This document shows positions 34,879-38,324 of a stretch of DNA of 38,324 bases, piece by piece. The DNA is taken from IMG/VR virus record IMGVR_UViG_3300025621_000024, positions 1-38,324 of that record. The stretch is one strand, 5' to 3'. The notes under the pieces are model-generated. The model searched no databases. It worked only from the letters and a program-made list of their open reading frames with translations, and was not told the origin of the DNA. The stretch's first letter is position 1; the number at the start of each line of letters is the position of its first letter. Origin of the DNA: a virus. Its lineage: Duplodnaviria > Caudoviricetes. The position numbers and the translations under genes are program-made.

Positions 34879-35102
34879 ACCCCAAGCTCTGCCAACTGCA
34901 GGCTAACAATTCGGGTGCTTGGAAGGGGCTGGGTACTTTCAACGCCGCGCTCACAGCGGACGTGCAGCAGATCGAAAGCGGTGCCGAGGCCATACAGTCG
35001 GTTTGCCCTGGCACGAAGTTCCGCATCGTCACAGCAGACGGCCTGCAAACGCCGCTGTTCCACCTTGAGAACGGCGTCTGGAAGGAGGCAAAGCATGGAT
35101 GA
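34866..35102 (+). CDS. Hypothetical protein
   Basis: GGAGG SD; LQ.NNSGAWK motif. Confidence 0.7.
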   Translation: MPTVNPKLCQLQANNSGAWKGLGTFNAALTADVQQIESGAEAIQSVCPGTKFRIVTADGLQTPLFHLENGVWKEAKHG

Positions 35103-35346
35103 CGAACTCAACATCCTGCAGCACAGCCTGGGGCTCAACGGCAAAGGGCAAGGTGTGCAGTACCGGAATCACTTCGTGACGGGGCCTGGGAGCACCGACC
35201 ACGCGGCGTGCATGGCGCTCGTTGAGAAGGGTTTCATGACGCGTCGCCAGGGCAGCGCGCTGAGCGGGTGGGACGATGTTTTCCATGTCACCCAGGAAGG
35301 CATTGCACACGTCCGGTCCGGTTCGATTGCTGGTGCATCAACATGA
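35095..35346 (+). CDS. Hypothetical protein
   Basis: AGGAGG SD; ILQHSLG, YRNHFV.G, LV..G.M, F.VT..G. Confidence 0.78.
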   Translation: MDDELNILQHSLGLNGKGQGVQYRNHFVTGPGSTDHAACMALVEKGFMTRRQGSALSGWDDVFHVTQEGIAHVRSGSIAGAST

Positions 35347-36044
35347 ATCGCGACGATGCTCTCAAGAAGATCAAGAAATGCCTGGCGCTGGGCCGCAACG
35401 CCGAGTCGCATGAGGCCGCCGCAGCGATGCGTCAGGCACAGAAGCTGATGGCCGAGTTCAACCTGGAAGAAGGCGATGTCGCCTTGTCCGAGGTGCGCGA
35501 GGCCAAGACGAAAGCCAGCACGCAGGCCGCGAACGTGTGGGAGGTCGCACTGGCGAACATGGTGGCGGATGCCTTTGGCTGCGAGATGTATTGCTCGCGC
35601 TCCGCCAACTGGAACAGCTCGGGCAGCTACGTGCGGAAACTCTTTTATGTGTTCGTCGGCGTCAGCCACGCGGCCGACATAGCTGGCTATGCATTCGAGG
35701 TGCTGACGCGCCAGTGCGCCAAGGCTCGGATGGCGCATATCGCCAAGCAGCCGAAAAACTGCAAGCCAATCACCAAGACCGCACGCGGCGATGCTTTTGC
35801 AGAGGGTTGGGTGCTTGCCGTCCGCGACCTGGTGGAACGCTTCGCGCGCCCTGCTACAGATCAGGCCTTGGTGCTCGCTTACATGGGCCAGAACCATCCG
35901 AACCTGAAGGACGCCAAGACCCGCGACACCACGCTGGCGCGGAGGATCGACTATGGACACCAGGTCGCCGGCTTCCGAGCTGGGAAGACCGCCCAGCTCA
36001 ACCAGGGCGTGGGTGGCATGGAAGAAAGGCGGTTGCTGGCATGA
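35343..36044 (+). CDS. DUF2786-like domain protein
   Basis: KIKKCLAL....HEAAAAMRQAQKLM, A.YAF.VL.RQ, F.EGW. Confidence 0.85.
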   Translation: MNRDDALKKIKKCLALGRNAESHEAAAAMRQAQKLMAEFNLEEGDVALSEVREAKTKASTQAANVWEVALANMVADAFGCEMYCSRSANWNSSGSYVRKLFYVFVGVSHAADIAGYAFEVLTRQCAKARMAHIAKQPKNCKPITKTARGDAFAEGWVLAVRDLVERFARPATDQALVLAYMGQNHPNLKDAKTRDTTLARRIDYGHQVAGFRAGKTAQLNQGVGGMEERRLLA

Positions 36045-36358
36045 CCGCCGAAATCCTGCTTGAGCTGGCCCTTGCATGGCTCACACCGAAGAACGTCCTG
36101 GAGGCCGGGTCGGCCACGCTCGGAGTGGCGGGCGCCTACCTGCTGGCCGTGAAAAGCCCGTGGGCGGGCTGGGCCTTCGTGCTCTGGCTGCTCAGCAACC
36201 TCGGTTGGGTCGCGTTCGGTTGGCTCAATGCTCACTGGTTTCTGCTCGCTCAACACGCTGCATATGCGGTCACCAGCGCCACGGGCATCTGGATATGGCT
36301 GGCGTTGCCGATGGTGGACCGTGCGCTCGCTGATTCAGGCTTGGGAGACGACGAATGA
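36041..36358 (+). CDS. Small multi-pass membrane protein resembling a half PnuC (NMN/NR transporter)-like unit
   Basis: Three hydrophobic helices, G..GA.LLA, W.F.LW..SN..W, Q, GIW.W. Confidence 0.6.
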   Translation: MTAEILLELALAWLTPKNVLEAGSATLGVAGAYLLAVKSPWAGWAFVLWLLSNLGWVAFGWLNAHWFLLAQHAAYAVTSATGIWIWLALPMVDRALADSGLGDDE

Positions 36359-36546
36359 CCGAGAAACAACTCGCCTCACGCCATGTGCGCCGCCTGCGCA
36401 CGACTCGCAAGCGGCTGCTGGAGATGTCCGAGCAGTGGGAGGACCTCGACCAGTTCAACGTCAACACGCTCGCAGAGCTGGCTGACACGGCCGAACGCGC
36501 GGGCATGGACCTCGTCGTCGCTGAACCTGTGGGAGATCACTCATGA
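36355..36546 (+). CDS. Hypothetical protein
   Basis: ATGA overlaps at both ends. Confidence 0.65.
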   Translation: MTEKQLASRHVRRLRTTRKRLLEMSEQWEDLDQFNVNTLAELADTAERAGMDLVVAEPVGDHS

Positions 36547-36893
36547 GCCGCAAATGTGATGCGTTCAAATGTCCGGGCCTTGCCGGCCCCGGTCGCTTCA
36601 TGTGCAGCCGGCACTGGCGCCTGGTGCCGTTGCCCACGCAGCGGACGATCAGCACGCGACATCGCGCCTATCGAAAGGACCTCGCATTCTTGAGCGATGA
36701 GACCTACCTTCAGGCGTGTGTCGACGCGATCAACCATGTTGCCCTTGTCGAGGGCCACCCCCAGGGCGATGCCATCGGCGACAGCTCCAGCTATGGCCGT
36801 CTGCTGCGCGTGGCGCGGGCCAGGGCCTGCGCCGATGGGGGCGTGCTGGACGGCACCAATCGCACCACCAGCGGGACGATCGGACAGCCATGA
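36543..36893 (+). CDS. Hypothetical Zn-finger-like protein
   Basis: C-x4-C...MC..HW..VP. Confidence 0.72.
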   Translation: MSRKCDAFKCPGLAGPGRFMCSRHWRLVPLPTQRTISTRHRAYRKDLAFLSDETYLQACVDAINHVALVEGHPQGDAIGDSSSYGRLLRVARARACADGGVLDGTNRTTSGTIGQP

Positions 36894-37042
36894 AAGCCAC
36901 CCTTCTGCGGGTCGTTCTGCTTATCGCTTTCCCCTTCGCCGTCGTGGCCGTGATGTGCATGGACTGGCGCACAACGCCGTGGCGTTCCGTCTGCGAGCTC
37001 ACGCGCGAATGGGCTGGCTTCTTCAAGAAAGGGAACATATGA
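36890..37042 (+). CDS. Small membrane protein (50 aa)
   Basis: ATGA overlaps at both ends; hydrophobic N-terminus. Confidence 0.6.
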   Translation: MKATLLRVVLLIAFPFAVVAVMCMDWRTTPWRSVCELTREWAGFFKKGNI

Positions 37043-37488
37043 GCAAGGTCGCGCGCGATAACCGCAACCGTGACATCACGCTGATCCAGATCGCCCGTCG
37101 CCAGCTCTGCCTGACCGATGACGACTACTACGCGATCGTTCGCGCGCAGGGTGGTGTTGAGTCATCCAAGGAACTTGACGCGATCGGCCGCGCCAAGGTG
37201 TTGGCCTACCTCACGCGCATGGGCTTCAAACCCACCTCTAAACCCGGCGCACCGAAGCGCCCGCGCCGCCCCGAGCCAGCGCCAGATCGCAAGCCCTTGG
37301 TTCGCCGTATCCGTGCCCAGCTGATCAGCCTGGGGCACAAGCCCGATGAGTACGCCGACGGCATCGTCAAACAGATGCTCGGCGCAGAGGCCCCCGAATA
37401 TTTCGAATGGTGCGAGCCCCGCGACCTGTACAAGGTCAGCCAGGCCTTGGGCGTCGAGCAGCTGCGCCGTGGAGCGGCCACATCATGA
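37039..37488 (+). CDS. gemA: Mu gp16/GemA (DUF1018) regulatory protein
   Basis: I.IARRQL.L.DDDY, SSKELD, L..MGFK, V..I.A, YADG. Confidence 0.88.
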   Translation: MSKVARDNRNRDITLIQIARRQLCLTDDDYYAIVRAQGGVESSKELDAIGRAKVLAYLTRMGFKPTSKPGAPKRPRRPEPAPDRKPLVRRIRAQLISLGHKPDEYADGIVKQMLGAEAPEYFEWCEPRDLYKVSQALGVEQLRRGAATS

Positions 37489-37874
37489 GCGCACCGCTGC
37501 AGAACCCCACCGAGGCACGCCGCCACGAGCTGCTGGCCGACGCGGCTGAGCAGGTCGCACAGCGGCTCATCACCAAGCACGGCATGGACGAGGAGTCAGC
37601 GTGCGACGTGGGCAATCACCTGGCCGACTTCCTGGCTGACCATTGGAAGGGCCAGAACATCTACATGCCGGGCGACCAGGCCTACAAGCTCAACGCCCGC
37701 GACTGGGAGATCTTCAATCGCTTCCAGCGGGGCAATTCAAACGAGCTGGCCAAGGAGTTCGGCGTGAGCAAGGTGCGCATCCACCAGATCTACAAACGCT
37801 GCCTGGTGCAGTACCGCGCGAGCGTGCAGAACAGCTTGTTTGCCGACCAGGCGGCGGCCGGCGAGAAGGCCTGA
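37485..37874 (+). CDS. mor: Mor/C family transcription activator
   Basis: W.GQNIY.P, RD.EIF..F.G.N..ELA.EFGVS...I.QI. Confidence 0.92.
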   Translation: MSAPLQNPTEARRHELLADAAEQVAQRLITKHGMDEESACDVGNHLADFLADHWKGQNIYMPGDQAYKLNARDWEIFNRFQRGNSNELAKEFGVSKVRIHQIYKRCLVQYRASVQNSLFADQAAAGEKA

Positions 37875-37897
37875 TCGACGCCCGGGCCGCTTCGGAC

Positions 37898-37906
37898 TTA
37901 TCCACA
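37898..37906 (+). promoter_or_regulatory. Perfect DnaA box
   Basis: TTATCCACA 24 nt after the mor stop. Confidence 0.5.
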
Positions 37907-38273
37907 GGCCTTTGAAAGCACTTTAAAGCCCGAAAAACCGGCCATGTTCTCCCGCCCGCTCCCAGTGAGAGAAGTTGGCCACTTTGTCCCAACTTCGGCA
38001 GAATGACCATCAAGCGCGGCTGGTGAGATGGGCGCCCCGCCATGAAGCGCCCTGTGGAAGGTAGAAGAAGCCCCGACGAGGCGGCTCCAGAGGGCCACAG
38101 GGCGGTTTTGAGAGGAAGTTGAGCCCTCTGCCCCATGTCTCTCGACGTTGCCGTTGACGGCGTGGAGAAGGTAGCCACCGTGCGCTGGTATCGTGGACCA
38201 CCTGAAAAATAGCGCGAGCCGCTCGCCAGCTCGATTCGAGCGCGAATGCCGATCTAAGCCGCTGATTTCATTG

Positions 38274-38313
38274 AAAAATCCCGCGTTTTCCCGTTTTTTC
38301 CCGCCTTATCCCG
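38274..38313 (+). repeat. Four TCCCG units at an exact 10-bp period near the phage end
   Basis: TCCCG at 38279, 38289, 38299 and 38309, each preceded by A/T-rich bases. Confidence 0.8.
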
Positions 38314-38324
38314 TTTCCCCTAGG

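Larger units (their letters stand above)
1..38324. mobile_element. Mu-like transposable prophage (myovirus tail, B3/BcepMu-like divergent organisation); termini apparently just outside the window
   Basis: DDE transposase + AAA MuB + ner + Mor + Gam + GemA, and a full Mu-type head/tail gene set in Mu order; no host housekeeping genes seen. Confidence 0.96.

Noticed and set aside
1-38324. CRISPR array, tRNA/rRNA genes, terminal TG...CA with target duplication
   Set aside because: None recognisable within the window; the ends appear truncated

Overview
The window is an essentially complete (~38 kb, GC-rich, probably Burkholderiales-type host by inference) transposable Mu-like prophage with a contractile tail. 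Its layout is the B3/BcepMu-type divergent one, not Mu's. A central CI-like (HTH + S24 peptidase) repressor/ner switch at ~26.0-27.3 kb drives the early operon rightwards (MuA, MuB, Gam, many small ORFs, GemA, Mor). The late genes run leftwards (lysis, terminase, portal, head, Mu-type sheath/tube/baseplate, a single tail fibre, and a D12/Dam-type adenine methyltransferase in place of com-mom). The terminal TG...CA ends are not visible and probably lie just outside the window. The most interesting signals are non-coding or hidden: (i) two cis-antisense sRNA candidates sharing an apical GGTG-TTRRCG-CACC hairpin, opposite the leaders of MuB and of the methyltransferase; (ii) a major capsid protein with a ~55-aa signal-peptide-like N-terminal extension; (iii) a ~190-nt GNRA-capped multi-stem RNA downstream of the capsid genes; (iv) three late promoters with identical geometry (TAAA-N4-TTTA, 24 nt, -10) that predict leaderless mRNAs; (v) a 200-bp candidate strong gyrase site at the genome centre but at a different gene junction than in Mu; (vi) a -1 frameshift with a stimulatory hairpin in the tail chaperone. 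All protein calls come from motif recognition and synteny; no searches were run.
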